Assembly (NCBI GenBank): GCA_905178155.1
Contig: CAJINV010000002.1
Coordinates: 1,339,809-1,403,808 of the forward strand
DNA length: 64,000 bases
Source: Amoebophrya sp. A120
Lineage: Eukaryota; Protista; Dinoflagellata
Reading direction: 5' to 3'
Shown here: positions 27,254-40,400 of the stretch, one piece after another
Layout: each line of letters opens with the position of its first letter
Position numbering within the stretch: the first letter of the stretch is position 1
The notes under the pieces: generated by a model
What the model saw: only the letters and a program-made list of their open reading frames with translations
What the model was told of the DNA's origin: nothing
Database searches by the model: none
Position numbers and translations under genes: made by a program

Positions 27254-27670
27254 TCAGTGTACGACCGTCTTCATACAGGCATGATACCTTCCATAGCCAG
27301 CAAGGCCAACATCGTTTTCCGCAGGGTTCAGTGCTTGGATCGCATCCCAGATTTTACTGCTGTCCCCGACAGTGTATTCCGGCGCCCACCCGATGCGCCG
27401 TTTGATGTTGCCCAGGTGCGTCTGGGTGAAGTGGTTGAACTCCGTCTTCGACAGTTTTCCGTCTGCGCAAGTGCCTTGTCTGGCAGCCGCCCAGGCGTTC
27501 TTAAATTCCGTCATGGCCTCGTCTCGGACCGCGGCGTCCTCATTGACCGCCGTCAACCTGACACGAGCCTCGTGAGGAATGCCGGCCCATTTTCTCTCCA
27601 GAAGCTGCAACACGTCTGCAAAATGATCCAGCTCCTCCGGTTTGGCTGCACTGTTGGGGGTGTTGGACAT
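27254..27670 (-). CDS. Small intronless hypothetical protein with a possible degenerate EF-hand
   Basis: 138-aa ATG-to-stop ORF with globular composition. EFKNAWAAA...ADGKLSKTEFNHF resembles an EF-hand helix-loop-helix. Confidence 0.7.
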   Translation of the reverse strand: MSNTPNSAAKPEELDHFADVLQLLERKWAGIPHEARVRLTAVNEDAAVRDEAMTEFKNAWAAARQGTCADGKLSKTEFNHFTQTHLGNIKRRIGWAPEYTVGDSSKIWDAIQALNPAENDVGLAGYGRYHACMKTVVH

Positions 27671-28502
27671 CGAGAAAGGCCGGAGGAGTCAGTGTGTTCC
27701 CTGAAAAGAAAACTTCTGGCGGCTCGGAGGATGCGGGCGGGGGGTATTTACATCTTGTACTTGTTGCTGCTACTGCTACTACTTTACGATCAAATGGACG
27801 ATATGCTTTTTCTTTCTAAGTACAACTCTGTCCCGGTGAAGATGTTGCTGATGCTGTCCGACATTGAGCGATGGATATAGCACAAGACAAAGACTCAAAG
27901 TGTTCTGCGATAGTTTCTTTGCAGAAGCCGAAGTGAGTGCTGATAAAGACAAATCACAAATGGAAACACAGCTGCATTGCGCAATGACCCACCCTGCAGA
28001 AGGCAAAAAAACGAATCCTGCCATCAGCAGTAAATGCGCAAAGGAGCGCCATACGTAACTACGGTGCACCACGGAATCGAAGCAAACTTCAAAGTCAACG
28101 CAATCAAATTCCAAAAAACTCTGGCTTCATCTGTGACAGCTGCGGCTACCATGTTGAAAATCGTTCATCATACAGGCTGTCTTCATTTTGCAATGCGCAG
28201 GTCGGAAGAAATTTGACCTTCCACGACCTCAAACCTAGAAAATATCACACAAAAGATAAAGAAAATGAAATGGATGTGATAGACAAACAAAATGGGTGAA
28301 ACATTGTGAAGAAACGACTACTCACTCCCAAAGCTTGAGTTTCCATTCTCGGAGCTAAGACGTGCTTCTGAAAATTTGCCTTTCAGCTGCTAGCGAGAAT
28401 GCGAGACAAAAAAAAACTAGAGCTGTCATGATGTTCAGCTAAAAGTACAGTTGGAAGTGGTGACATTTAGTATGCAATGATTTTAACCACGACTCAACCC
28501 CC

Positions 28503-31167
28503 CTATTCTACAACCTCCCCCATCGGATCATCCTCATCCTCCTCCACCATGCCATGCACCTCCCCATCGATCGTCACCAAGTACTTCTTGTTTTTCTTCT
28601 TTCGCCCACCTGTTGACACTGCCTGTAGTTGCTGTTGCTGTTGTCCAAGAACGCCGATCTCATTTTTCGTAGGCGACTGGTTTTTCTTCACTGGCGTGCT
28701 GGCAGCTGAAGCATTCCCCGTATTTGGATTCGCGAAGAGGTGCGGGCGGAGGAGTCGGGGATGGGGGTTGTGGTGGTGAAAGTTAATATGGTTGCTGAGC
28801 GGTACAGAGGACGTTCCACCTGCCCGTCTGGTAGTGTTCCACCCAAGCGCTGTCGCAAATCTGTTGTAGTTGTACTGCTGGCGTTGCAAGTTCATTTGCC
28901 GGTAAGGAGGTTGAAAGTTGTAATTTTGGTATTGCCATATAGAACCACCACCACCACGATGACACATTGGCTGTCCGTAATTATCCTGCCGCCAGACGGC
29001 CGGAAAAGGTGAGCCACGGGGTTGCTGCTGCGGTGGCTGCTGGTTGTGAAGATTGAGGTTGTTCCCGTGCCACGCTGGCGATGATGGGCGATTTTTTTGT
29101 GATTGCTGTTGTGCTGGAAAAAAGCTTCGTTTCTCAAGGGCGCGATCCTGCGATCTACTTGCTGATACATTTACATTCCCCTCAACATTTTTTCCCGATG
29201 TAGCTGAACCTGCACTGTACAGCCAGCTCGCGAAATCCTGCACGTCCCACTGTGTTCCAGCTGATGAACTGCTGTTCGTCGTGGCAGAGCCGTGTGCAGG
29301 GGCTGGTGGATTGTTCATCTCCGCTGGTAGTTCTTCAGATGCTCCTTCCACTGGCGAGGATGACAAGCCTAATCTTAGCCCCGGGACGCCAATCCAAGCT
29401 GGTCCAGCAGTAAAAGCCGATCCTTTTTCCGCACCAGACCCAGCCGTAAAAGAAGTTGTCAAGCCTTTCGAGGGTTGTGCCACGCGCGTTGCCGCAGCCA
29501 CCGCAGCACTGTCCGCTGTGCCCATGTTGGGACTCCTGGCCGCGCCAAAAAGCATGGAATTCCGGAAAAACAGCGCGGAAGTAGTGCGCCAGGTCGGACT
29601 GTGGACATCCGGACTACTGCAGCTCCCGGGGACGGGCGAAGGTGCGGATTGGTAGGAAACTTTGGAGGAGATCCGGACTTGCTTCTTGATATACATCGCA
29701 AAAATACTATCGTGCTCGTACTTCTAATTGCCCTCATGCATTACAAAAGTTCTGTCTGAAGATAAATCCGCATGACAAACAAGACCCACGCGTGGGGACA
29801 GGGTCCCCACGCTGGGGCCTTGTGCCCGTCCCTAGTGGCGCTAGTGGGGGAAGGGTGTTCGCCATCGGGGCGGACAGCGTCCGCCCCTCGCCTCACACCA
29901 GGCGCGCGCATAGTGACTTAGTGCGCGAAACGCTAGTGGGGGAGGGGTGTTCGCCATCGGGGCGGACAGCGTCCGCCCCTCGCCTCACACCAGGCGCGCG
30001 CATAGTGACTTAGTGCGCGAAACGCTAGTGGGGGAATGGCCCTCACCTGTCGCGGCCACCTGTCGTGCCCACCTGTGATGGTCACCTGTCGCGGTCACCT
30101 GTCGCGGTCACCTGTCGCGGTCACCTGTCGCGGTCACCTGTCGAGGTCACCTGTCGCCGGGGGTATGCGTTACCAGAACCCGGAAGTCAAGCAATGTAAA
30201 TATTAATTCCATTTTGCATTCTGACGATATTTGTCATGCCATTAGTACTAGTGTACGATAGTTTGCGATGCGTACTTAAACACGTCTAAATGCTTCTCGT
30301 GTAGTAATTCCGCCTTTTCTTGGAATAGAGCTTGTTGGCCTGCTACTGCTCGACGGAGAATTGGCTTGGGGGCTTTTGCTGGAACCTGATATCAATGTGT
30401 TCTTGTGTCGTGTACAAGATGAAAAATGGGGTAAGACATACACACTGAAATTCATGCATTTCTATTTCGTTTTATTGGCGCAGACGATTCGTTTCCGGCA
30501 GAATAAATAGCTATACTTCGTGTGCAATCATGATTGAAAGGACAAAACGCAAACCATTGATTGGATCCATGTTCAACACTTCTACCTGAACAACATCCAG
30601 ATCCACCGGAGCAGCTTTTCTTTCAAGTGCACCATCGCCACCCGGTGAGGCCGATGAAGCGGGTTGCTCGCTTGTACAACTGGCAGCAGAGCCAGATGGC
30701 GGCGCAGCAACAGCTGCATTCCGGCTTCTTTCTGAAATCGAAGCGCTCCGGCCGACCTGTTTCAACAGCCCCAAATTGTTCAACTCATCATCGTCGGGGA
30801 CGGGATAGGAGGTGGTTGAGCGTGACTGCAGAAGTGCTTGCGAAGAAGGTTCATCAGGGTTCACAACTGTCGGTGGAAAGCCTTGCTGCTGCTCGTTATT
30901 TTGCTCGTCCGAAGTGGTTGTCTCGACCGCGGCTGCTGCCGAAGATGACGAGGAAGAACAAGAACTACTGGAGCAAGCCGCGGACGGTTCGTCGTCTTGA
31001 CTGCTTTTGGTCTTTTCCGTCTGCTCATCTGGAGACGGGTGGGGGTTGTAGTGGTCTTTCGTCGTCGACGCAGCAATGTTTTCTCGGTAGCTGACGAGGT
31101 GGCCCGTGGCTAGAACCGGCGGAGAGGCAAGAGGGAATCGTGCTGCGACCGCGGGCGGACCCTCCAT
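28503..31167 (-). CDS. Hypothetical low-complexity protein, ~624 aa, 3 exons
   Basis: GT-AG intron 30386-30585 and introner 29690-30274 (LDVFK|KQVRI). Exons 582+111+1182 = 1875 nt, divisible by 3. Confidence 0.75.
29839..30035. repeat. 92-bp tandem repeat, just over 2 copies, with internal hairpins
   Basis: CGCTAGTGGGGGA at 29839, 29931 and 30023. Each full unit contains GGGGCGGAC-AGC-GTCCGCCCC. Confidence 0.92.
30044..30158. repeat. 13-bp minisatellite (CACCTGTCGCGGT), ~9 copies
   Basis: CACCTGT every 13 bp from 30044 to 30148. Confidence 0.95.
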
Positions 31168-34100
31168 TTTTACAGCAACGCAACAACTAGGGTAAGCCTA
31201 CTTGCAATGAGAAAGTACTCAGGCGCCTTCGCCTGCAAGCAATTGGCAATTCTTAGTTGCTGTTTCAGGAAAAGCGAACACTTCTTCTGACTTTTCGTTT
31301 TCCGGAATACTACACTCATTGGAAGAAGGAAAAACCCAACGAACATTCGCACCCAAGCAGACACGCCGACCTCATGCATCCACGCAATGCTCCCTGGGTG
31401 GCTGCGCATCAAAATAACACCGCAGCGAGTCTGTGACACAAGGCACATCCCTGGCATACACATATCCTTCGACCACTATAAGCCCCGCGGCAAGCAGATC
31501 GGGGAAACCTGGGGCGGGAGGCCCGGGCAATGTTTGAGGGGCGGCGGCAAGACTGGCATACCAAGCACCAGCAACCGGCAGCGCAGGCACACAGAAACGA
31601 AATACATAATTCAATGCCGAGGGGAAAGGAGGGGCCGCCAGACAGTATCCAGACCAGAACGACCATCCAGAGCGAGGCCCACAAAAAACCGCGGGGCCTC
31701 GGGAAGGTGCCCGACGCTCTCTTGCTCCCGGCCTTCTGGCTGCCCATCTTTCTTGCTTCCACCGGAGGGGCGGCGGGCCGATTCATTCATTGGCCGGCGC
31801 GCCCAACCGGCCAGGAGGGGGGGCGCGGGCGCTCCCTCGCAAGGGGGGGCGAAGGCGCCACAGCGCCCAGCCGCTCGCGCCCCGCCCGGGCGGGGGCTGC
31901 AATGGTTTGGGGCGGCGCCGCCCGGCCGTCACAGGGAGGCAGAAGGAACCGCCCCCCCTTCTATCGAGGGGAGTCGGGCGGGAGCTGGAACTTTCGCAGC
32001 CTCGGCGCACCACGCCCCGCGCAAGTAGTGCGCCACGCAATGCGCGCGCTTCGGGATCGAATTCCTTCGCCCTTTGTCGACCTGCCGCGCGGGGCGCAAG
32101 ATTCGGAACCTTGTCAGCCGCGGCCCCGCCCCCCCCTGTACCGCCGGGGCGCCGCGGTCTGCACAAACACAGAGAGGGCGGGCCGGCGTAGGCCGGGGTC
32201 GCGTCGGCCCGGCTCCCTGGCGGGCGACGCCCTTCCGCGGCGGGCCGCCCCTTTGCTTCCGCAAAACGCTGCGCGGCATGTGTCCCGCGGCTGCCCATGC
32301 CAACAATAGCGCGCAGGGCCGCAAAGAAAGGCGCGGCGCCCCGCCAAATCTTGCGGGCGCCAGCTTGTCCGCGCGCAGCACCCTGCCACCGCCGTGGAGG
32401 CCGCCCGGGCAAGCGCGCAGGCACGGAATGGAGGACGGCCCCAATGGTTGGGCGGCCGATCCTTGGCCCCCACACTGCGCGGGCGCCTCGTTACCCTTGG
32501 GCGCATTGAGATACGCAGGGCGCGCGTAGTGGAAAACGTCGAAAGCCCCCCAATCGCCAGCCTTTAATCAATCCCGAGCTTGCCCATTTCGTCAGCAGCT
32601 CGCTTCACAATTTGGTTTCGCTCGTTCTGGCACTGGTGTGTGTGGAACACTCTGATCGATGCCTCAGCATTCGAAGATGAAGATTAGTTACAGTTTCTTC
32701 ATTTCGACGACTGCAGGAGCCCCTGGTCCCTTCAAGGTTTTTCTTTTTTCGCTTTTTCGGTTCTCGATTGAAATAAAAATCAGCTGAATAGGTTCTTGAG
32801 TCAACATGTAGTTCCGGTCACAGCACGCAGCTTCTCCGGTCAAGTGTTGTGTAATAATTTGTCGTCGAAAGATAACTGAGATTGATACTGCTGTAGACAG
32901 ACAGGCGAAGCAACAATTTTATGGTCGAACTCCGAGATGGTAAAAAGACCCATACAACAAAGTAGTCAGTGTAATTAGTTATCAAAGTAAAAGTAATCAT
33001 AGAAAGAAGTAAAGTGTGAAGCAGAGTGATCGGTTTTGGTTTTTTTTTGTGGCGTGCTTTTTTGAGGTCGTCAGCCACGGTCAGACCTGTCGAGTAGATG
33101 AGAAAACAACTGAACAGGGTCACAAGGAACCGCCGTTGCTTGGATAGAATTAGAAGCAGCAGCTTATGACAAGAGAGTGATCACCTCGCTTCCGGTGTTC
33201 GAGAAGTAAAATCGTGAATTTCACCATATTACTTCCAATAACAACCTCATGCGCTAAACCGGACCATGAATAATGAAAAAAAGTAATCAAATCTTCTCGA
33301 AATAAACCTGTATCTGCCCTAGTATCATCAAAGAACGGGCTGTACCAGCAACCTGAGATATTCATAAACATCCTCATCTTCTGAAACAATCAGTACAGAA
33401 CTTGCTGTGGCCGTAAAGACCACAGGTTTGGCGGTAAAAAATTAGGTACAAGTTGCAGAGCTCCTTGCAGCTCATGCTAGATAATATCCATATCGAGTTT
33501 TGCATATAATTTCCTCGTGGATGATGAAAACATCGGTAGAAATTGTCAAGTCAATGGAAATTTAATTTTGTTCAACAAGTAGCCAGAGTATAATCAAATA
33601 GAAATTGGAATACGTGGCGCGAGCAGCTGTATCAAGCAATACATCTTTTTTCGGTATCTATTTCGGTCTTGAATACGTGAAAAATATCGAACTTGTAAAA
33701 GGGATTGGGGTTGTGCTGTGGTGGTCGCAGCAACTTGTATAATATCCGACAACGCTGCCATCTGCTCTCACACTCCATAGCAGAGCGCAATCGCAGATAA
33801 AAGTGGCCGTCGATTATGTTACAACGTGCTGTAATTTTGTCCCCGTATTAACTTGCTGTTTTCCATTCCTGAGAGGAGCAAATCACAGCAAAGCTATGGG
33901 AAATTGAACGAGGAATAGATTCCTGTTCTTAAAAACAAGTGGTGAGAAGTACACAGAGTCAGAGCGTAATAGTTGTAGTTTGGAAAGCAGAAATAAAAGC
34001 AAAAAGAGCCTCCGTAAAAACCAGCGCGCCAACCACATGGACAATGAAACCTTGTCATGCGGGGGTCTTGGCACGCTTTGGCTCAGAAGCGTCTTTACTT

Positions 34101-34420
34101 TTAGACCTACAGTCCAGATGAAAATATGAGGTTTCGTAATGCTGAGTGCTGTAGTGCGAAAGAATAAGAAACGGTTCGTTCTCAGCTTTAGGTTTAGCCT
34201 GCAGATTGTGACATAAAGTCGTCATCTTCTTCTTCAAAAAAAACCCAGTTTTTTAGATTTGCTCTTGCCCCGATTCTCGCACCACAACACCCGATGATTT
34301 TTGTTTTTCTGCGAGAGCCTCCTCGTTTTTCGTGCGACAAGGTGTTTATCCTTATCGGCTCTTGTTTCTTCAGTTCCTCTAAAATCAAAATTCTTCGAAA
34401 ATATCATCTTGAATCAATCC

Positions 34421-37400
34421 TCACATCGTGTACTCCGGATTGATTGTCGCGTACGGTTGGTGCCCCCCGTAGACCGCGTACGCCGCGTTACTGTACGCAC
34501 TAGTCCAGTCTTGCGCCGCGCCCCACTCGTCGTACCCCGCAGCAGCACCGGCTTTTGCACCGGCCGCTTCAGTACTAGTAGCTGCGGCGGCGGAGGCCGC
34601 GGCCCCACCCGGAACAAACTCGGCGGCAGCGGCGGTCATCTGATAGAGACGAGAGGGATTTTGTTAACATGCAGGAAAACATACTACAGAGACTTACATT
34701 CCAAAATTTAGAAATTTATAATGCGTCAAAGAATCGAAGTGATCGTATAGAGTAGATGCACATCAGTATATGCCTCCTCACAGTCACACCGACTAAGACC
34801 ATGGATCACCAAAATCCTATACCTTGCTTCCACTCTGCGTCTCCGCTCCCACCGCTTCCGGTGCGGGTTTTTTCCACTGCGTTTCCTTTGTCCGCACGTT
34901 CCAGTAATACGTTCTCCCCGTTTTCGGGTCCTGTGCCGCCTTCCATCCCTCCGGAATGGGGGCGTTGGGATCCAGCGATTGTTGCGAATTCTTCGACGAG
35001 TTTTCCGAGGACTTGAAGGTCGAGTGATGCCCCGCACCACCCCCGTGCGCCGGCACCGTCGGTGGCACGACCGCCGCCGCCGCAGCGGTGCTCCAGGGAT
35101 CCGCAGCTTGATCCGCCGCGCCCCAGTACTGCATCGGGTCGTGATACGGCGCGGCAGCCTCGCCTTCCGCGTGCGCCGCGTGGTGAGCCGCTGCCGCTGT
35201 GGTTCCCCAGTGGGCCGCCGCTGCCGCCGCGGCAGCCGCAGAGGTACTACTGCTGTTTCCGCCCTTCCCGGCTCCTGCGCCGTAATGAGCGGCACTAGAG
35301 GGGTAGTTGTTCCGCATCTTACTCACCCCGCTCGCCGCGTGCGCCCCGGCTGCAGCTGCGCCAAACTTGCCGCCGCCGGCCGCGTGCATGTTCGCTGCGA
35401 GCTGCTGCTGGTGCGCGGCGACCGCGTGGGCCTGGTGCGCCGCGGCAGCGGCATATTGCCCATACACTTGGGACGACTTGGCCGCGTAGTAACCACCGTG
35501 GTGCCCGTGCGCCGCGGTTGCGGCTGCTGCTGCGGCCGCGCCCCAGGGTTGCGTCGGGTCCCAGTCTTCCTCCTCCCCTGCCCCAACGTGGTCCTCCAAG
35601 CTGCCAGCATGATGGTGTTCCGCCCCGTGGTGCGCAGCCGCCGTGGCGTAGCCGTGGTGCGCAGCCGCGGCTGCGGCCGCAGCGGCAGTGTGGTGGTGGG
35701 AAGCGACAATGGGATTTCCGTAGTGGTCGTACGTGGTGTGTTCGGCACTGTGCTGGTGTTCATGTCCGTACCCCTCCAAACCCGGGGCCATCGGCGGTTG
35801 CTGCGTCGGGGGTGCGGGGGTGGCGCCGTGCTGCGCGCCGGCTGCAGCAGTTGTAGATGCGGAATTGTGGTTCTGGTTGTGCTGTTGTTGTCCTTTCTTT
35901 CCCTTCCCCTTCTTCCCCGATGAAGTAGTACCCGTTCCACCGTTCTGAGTGGCAGAGGAACTGTTTGCCGCGCCCCAGCCACCAGTTGACGCACCCCATC
36001 CGCCCGAGGCGTTGGCCGTCGCCGCGCGTTGCGCCACCGCGCCCCAGTTGTCGGAGGAAGCAGAGTATGCATTACAAAAGTATCGTATTAGTAGTGACTG
36101 CATTACAAATTTGCTCACCACAAGGAAGCAGAAGGGAATTGGTCATGCGGGTTGTGCTTAAGAAAGCAATTTGTAATGCATAAATGCAATTACTGCGAGT
36201 GCGATACTTTTGCAATGCATACGGATGTGGTGTTTTGTGCCGTCGTTTGCTTACTGCTCGGCTGACTGGGCGGTCCCATCCCCGGAGGGGCGTTGATGGA
36301 ACCCTTTTTGCTACCAGTCCCCCCGTTTTGCACAGCTCCAGACGCCGCTCCCCAGCCACCGGCAGCAGCCGTTCCCCACTGGCCCTGCCCGCCACCTTCG
36401 GACCACTGGTCCCAGTTGTGGTGCTGGCCTTGCTGTGCAGCAGCAGCAGCAGCAGCTCCACCAAGCGGAGCACCCCAGGTGGATGCGTTGTTGTTTGCAG
36501 CACCTTTCTTCCCTCCCGTCGGTGCCGTTGCCCACGGGTCCCCGCCTGCCGCTCCCTTGTTCATCCCAGCACCTCCTTTCGTCCCACCGTACGCTTGTTG
36601 CTCTCCTCCTTTCATGGAGCTCGCGCCGCTCGGCGGGGGCCCCGGGTACTGCTGGTGCACACTTGCACCAGCTCCCCACGCGTTCTTCCCCGGACCGGGT
36701 CGGGTCGACGCGTTTTTGCCCCAGGAATGGTGGCTGGTTGGGTGGCCATACGCATTCCCGTACCCCTGGTACAGCCCGCCGGTGGAAGTGTTGGCGCCCT
36801 TCATCGGGTTGTGGTTGAGAATGACGTGCGTGTCTTCTTCGTCATCCGAGGAATCGTCGTCCTCATTTGTCGTGTTCAAGACTGAGTCCGCCGGCAAAGC
36901 TGAAATTCCCGGAGGTGGGCCACCTGCAGCTACATGATGATGTTGCATATTACCACCAGCAGCAGCTCCCACCAGGTCAATTTGCTGATTCACTGCTCCC
37001 TTTGATTTCCCCGGAGCTCCAAGGACACCTGGAGCAGGTCCGCCTTTTTTCCCGGACATCAGCCCTGCTCCGCCAGCACCAGCTCCCTTACCCGCAGATG
37101 AAACAACGCCACTTCCTGCAGCTGGGGGTCCTTTTTTTCCCGCTAGAACGTTGCCACCGGAGGCAGTTGCGGTCAACCCCGGCGGTTTGTTGGGTGACGA
37201 TTGGTTCGATCCCGCACCGGTTTGACTCTGCTGCAACGAGACGTTGAGGTGATTATCCTTATCCAGATTCTGTGGCGTCGCCTCCGAATCGAAATCATTT
37301 TTTTCACTGGTGTTAGCCGGCGTTTGGTCCTCGTCGAGGTTATCCGCTAAATTATCCTCGTCCGACGCCTCATCCCAATTCTCCACGTCGATTTCCTTGA

Positions 37401-40400
37401 TCAGTCTATGGAAGCGTCAGGTTTGAAATCGACAAAGTTGAAATAGTTTGCCATGCATAAAATGGATACCAGTTGGACACGCAGTTTCTAGTCGGTGCAT
37501 GACAAATTTTGTCCGTACCGGAAGCCAGTTTTTCATGCTGTTCAGGGCAAAGGGACTCCCCTCTGTGATGCTAGTCAGCAGCCCAATTCTCGACCCTTGC
37601 CAGCACTACAATTTCCCTCCCTTGCGTCCTCTGCAATAGAGGCAATCTCTGCGTTGCATTTTATGCATCACAAACTATTTCAACTTTGACGATTTCAATC
37701 GTGACGCTTCCATACAGTCTGCCCTTCACGTAATCCTCCCCGCCCGCGTTGTCGATCTTCTTCACGAACGTTTTGTAGCACGACTGCACCTGCTGCGCGA
37801 GCGCGTTTTGCTGAATGCAGGTGGAATTCGCATTGGACTGTCCGATGTTGGCCATGTTGCCAAACCCACCTGTCTGCGTCGGATTGATGGCGGACAGAGG
37901 GTTGTTGATGTTGCCCTGATTCGATTATGCATCACAAAAGTATCGTAAGTACTAGTACAACTGGTACTAGGATATTGCAACACAAATCCGCTCTGCATGA
38001 GAAATGGAGTTTGATGTCATGCTGTTTTACCTTAACAAGAAGATTTGCAATGCATAGCCGCAATCTAGTACGAGCACGATACTTTTGCAATGCATATCGA
38101 AAGCGACATGGCTCCGTGGTTTTGTGACAGCACGTGGTTTGCGAGTCCCTGCGCGTTCTTCGGGATCGGTTTCAACCCGCCGGAGGGAGGTCCCCCGGCA
38201 CTAGCAGTAGTTCCTGGTGCGTGCCCAGTGGACGTCATTGCGGCGTACCCGCCGGGTAGAGTCGACGGTAATTGCACCGCCGGACCGCCGAGACCGGCTG
38301 CTTGCTTCGCCTTCGTGGAGATCTGGGTCGGCTCCAGGTCGAATCCGGCGATTTGTTTCCGTAAGCTGTCCGCGTACCTGGGATTCGCGGTGGAAATCTT
38401 CAGCTGGTTCGGGTTCAGCTTCGTCCCCGGCGGGCCTTTCCCGCCGTTGTCAATTAGCCCGGCGTTCGCCCCGCCACCCTTCCGCCCCATGTTATTCACT
38501 CCGCCCATCTGGTTCGCGTAGTAGTCCGCTCCGCGCTGCTCCCGCAAAACCGCAATCCGTATGTTCCGGATCGCTTCCAGGGAGACCGCGGGCTTTAATA
38601 GTCGGAAGTTATCGAGGGAGTTCTGTGGGTCGTTCACATACGTCAAATACGGATTCGCGTAGATGCTGTTCGCGCCGTAGCCCCACCAGGCGGCGTCGGG
38701 GTAATAGTCCGGATTGGGGTATTGGATGGTCTTGATCGGAAGTTTGGGACAGTTGTACAACGGGTTTTTGTGGTAGGGCTTCACGAACAGTTTCTGGAAA
38801 TATTCCGATTCAATCAGTGATTCCGCGGAAGTGGGCGGAATTTTGGACAAGGTCGGTTTCGGCTGCTTCTGCGCAACCTGGGCCACCCCGCCGAACTGGC
38901 TTGCTACGGGTTGAGTGGGCTCTGCGGCGGCCTTGCTGGAGGCGCGTTTTACCTTTTTTGTTGTGAAGTCTTCACTTCATGTTCATTCGTATTCCTGCAT
39001 TACAGATCTCGCTGCCTTTCAAATTTCGCATGAGCAAGAGCATGGCAAATCCACACCGAGACATATAATTTTGCAATGCAGACTATACCTTCGTTGGAAT
39101 ATCAAACCCATGCGTGACCCCGGTCACGATGGACGGCTGCAGATCCGCATTGTAGAGACTGAAGTCGTAGTAGTGTTTCAGGTTGTGAATATCCAGATTT
39201 TTGAAGGAAAAGTCCATTTCGTCCGGCATCTCGGGGCAATACTTGGGGCCCTGTCCGATGGAGCTTAACAACTCTTCCAACGACTTCCGGACGTTCGGGG
39301 AATCCACCAGCATGGGGACCTCCAACCCCGCAACCTCGCTGTCGTTCGACTCGGTCGGCACGACGTAGTTGTTGACACCGTAGCCTCCTTGCCCACCACC
39401 GCGTTGGTTCCCGTACGCGTCTAAATAGCCCCCCTGGTCATTCTGCTCGTTGTACGGCACTTCCTCACCGTATTGGTTCACAATTTTCTGCTTCTTTTTC
39501 TTCTTCGTCATGCCCCCAACTAAGTTGTTCAGCGCGTCCTGGTTGTTGGTGTCGCGGCCGAGAAAAGCGTCGGAGATGATTTTTCGCAACCGGTTCACCC
39601 GCTCAATGTCCTTTATGTGCAAGTGGGTGGTTTTGTCTGGGGTCGAGCAGCGGAGCGGGGCGTGGGATCCGATCTCGATCTTGGAAATACGGCCGGTATC
39701 GAAACTACCGGACACGTTCACCTGATGATTATTTGCGAGGTCATTTCTTAACTTCGGACAAAAATTTGTCATGCGGACAGCCAAATTGTGAAATACGATC
39801 AGCAAATGCGTGTACTATTTTCAGCATGACAAAACACCACCTCCCTTGTAACAAGTACTTACCGCGTAGTTGCTGGGGCAGAAGCAGAGCATCAGCACGG
39901 TCGCGTATAAAGATTCCACATTCGCTGGATTGTCGGTCGCCGACTCGTTCGGTTCCGAGTTCGACACTGACTCCCCCAGCGTTTTGTCGTAGAAATTGCA
40001 GCTCAACACCGTCACCCCGTCCAGCCACACATTCTGGATCGCGTTTTGCCCGGTCTGCGCATTCGCTCCCTGAAAATTGTCCGACGCGCCCTGCTGACTC
40101 GTGTAGCAGGCGATAATCTCGTTTGGAATCGGGGGTTGGATCGCGGGGAGCTGCCACCTGGGCCGGCGATTGGACGAGAACTGCTGCTCGTCCAAGTACT
40201 CCGTGAGTTCGGGCTCCATTTTGGTGAGGTTACACGAGGTCATGGCGCCGAGCGCGTTACGCCAGGTGCAGTTCCCCTTGATCGGCTTGATCTTCTTGCG
40301 CTGCATTTGCTCCATCAGACGAACCTGATAGATAAGATGTTGAGCGACATGGATAATGGGGTTCTTTCTCAGGGTCAGGACAAGAAGGAATCTATGCATC

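Larger units (their letters stand above)
29690..30274. mobile_element. Family B introner enlarged by a nested GC-rich insert
   Basis: Degenerate family B TIRs (TATACATCGCAAAAATACTATCGTGCTCGTA and TACTAGTGTACGATAGTTTGCGATGCGTA). TSD CTTGA/CTTAA, one mismatch. Confidence 0.8.

Noticed and set aside
30044-30158. Short regularly spaced repeat as CRISPR
   Set aside because: It is a 13-bp head-to-tail minisatellite with no spacers.
31387-32529. Long overlapping ORFs in GC islands (also 584-1274, 25879-26675, 54061-55108, 62578-63319)
   Set aside because: They are open in many frames on both strands because high GC depletes stop codons; they are Arg/Gly/Pro/Ala-rich with no domains.
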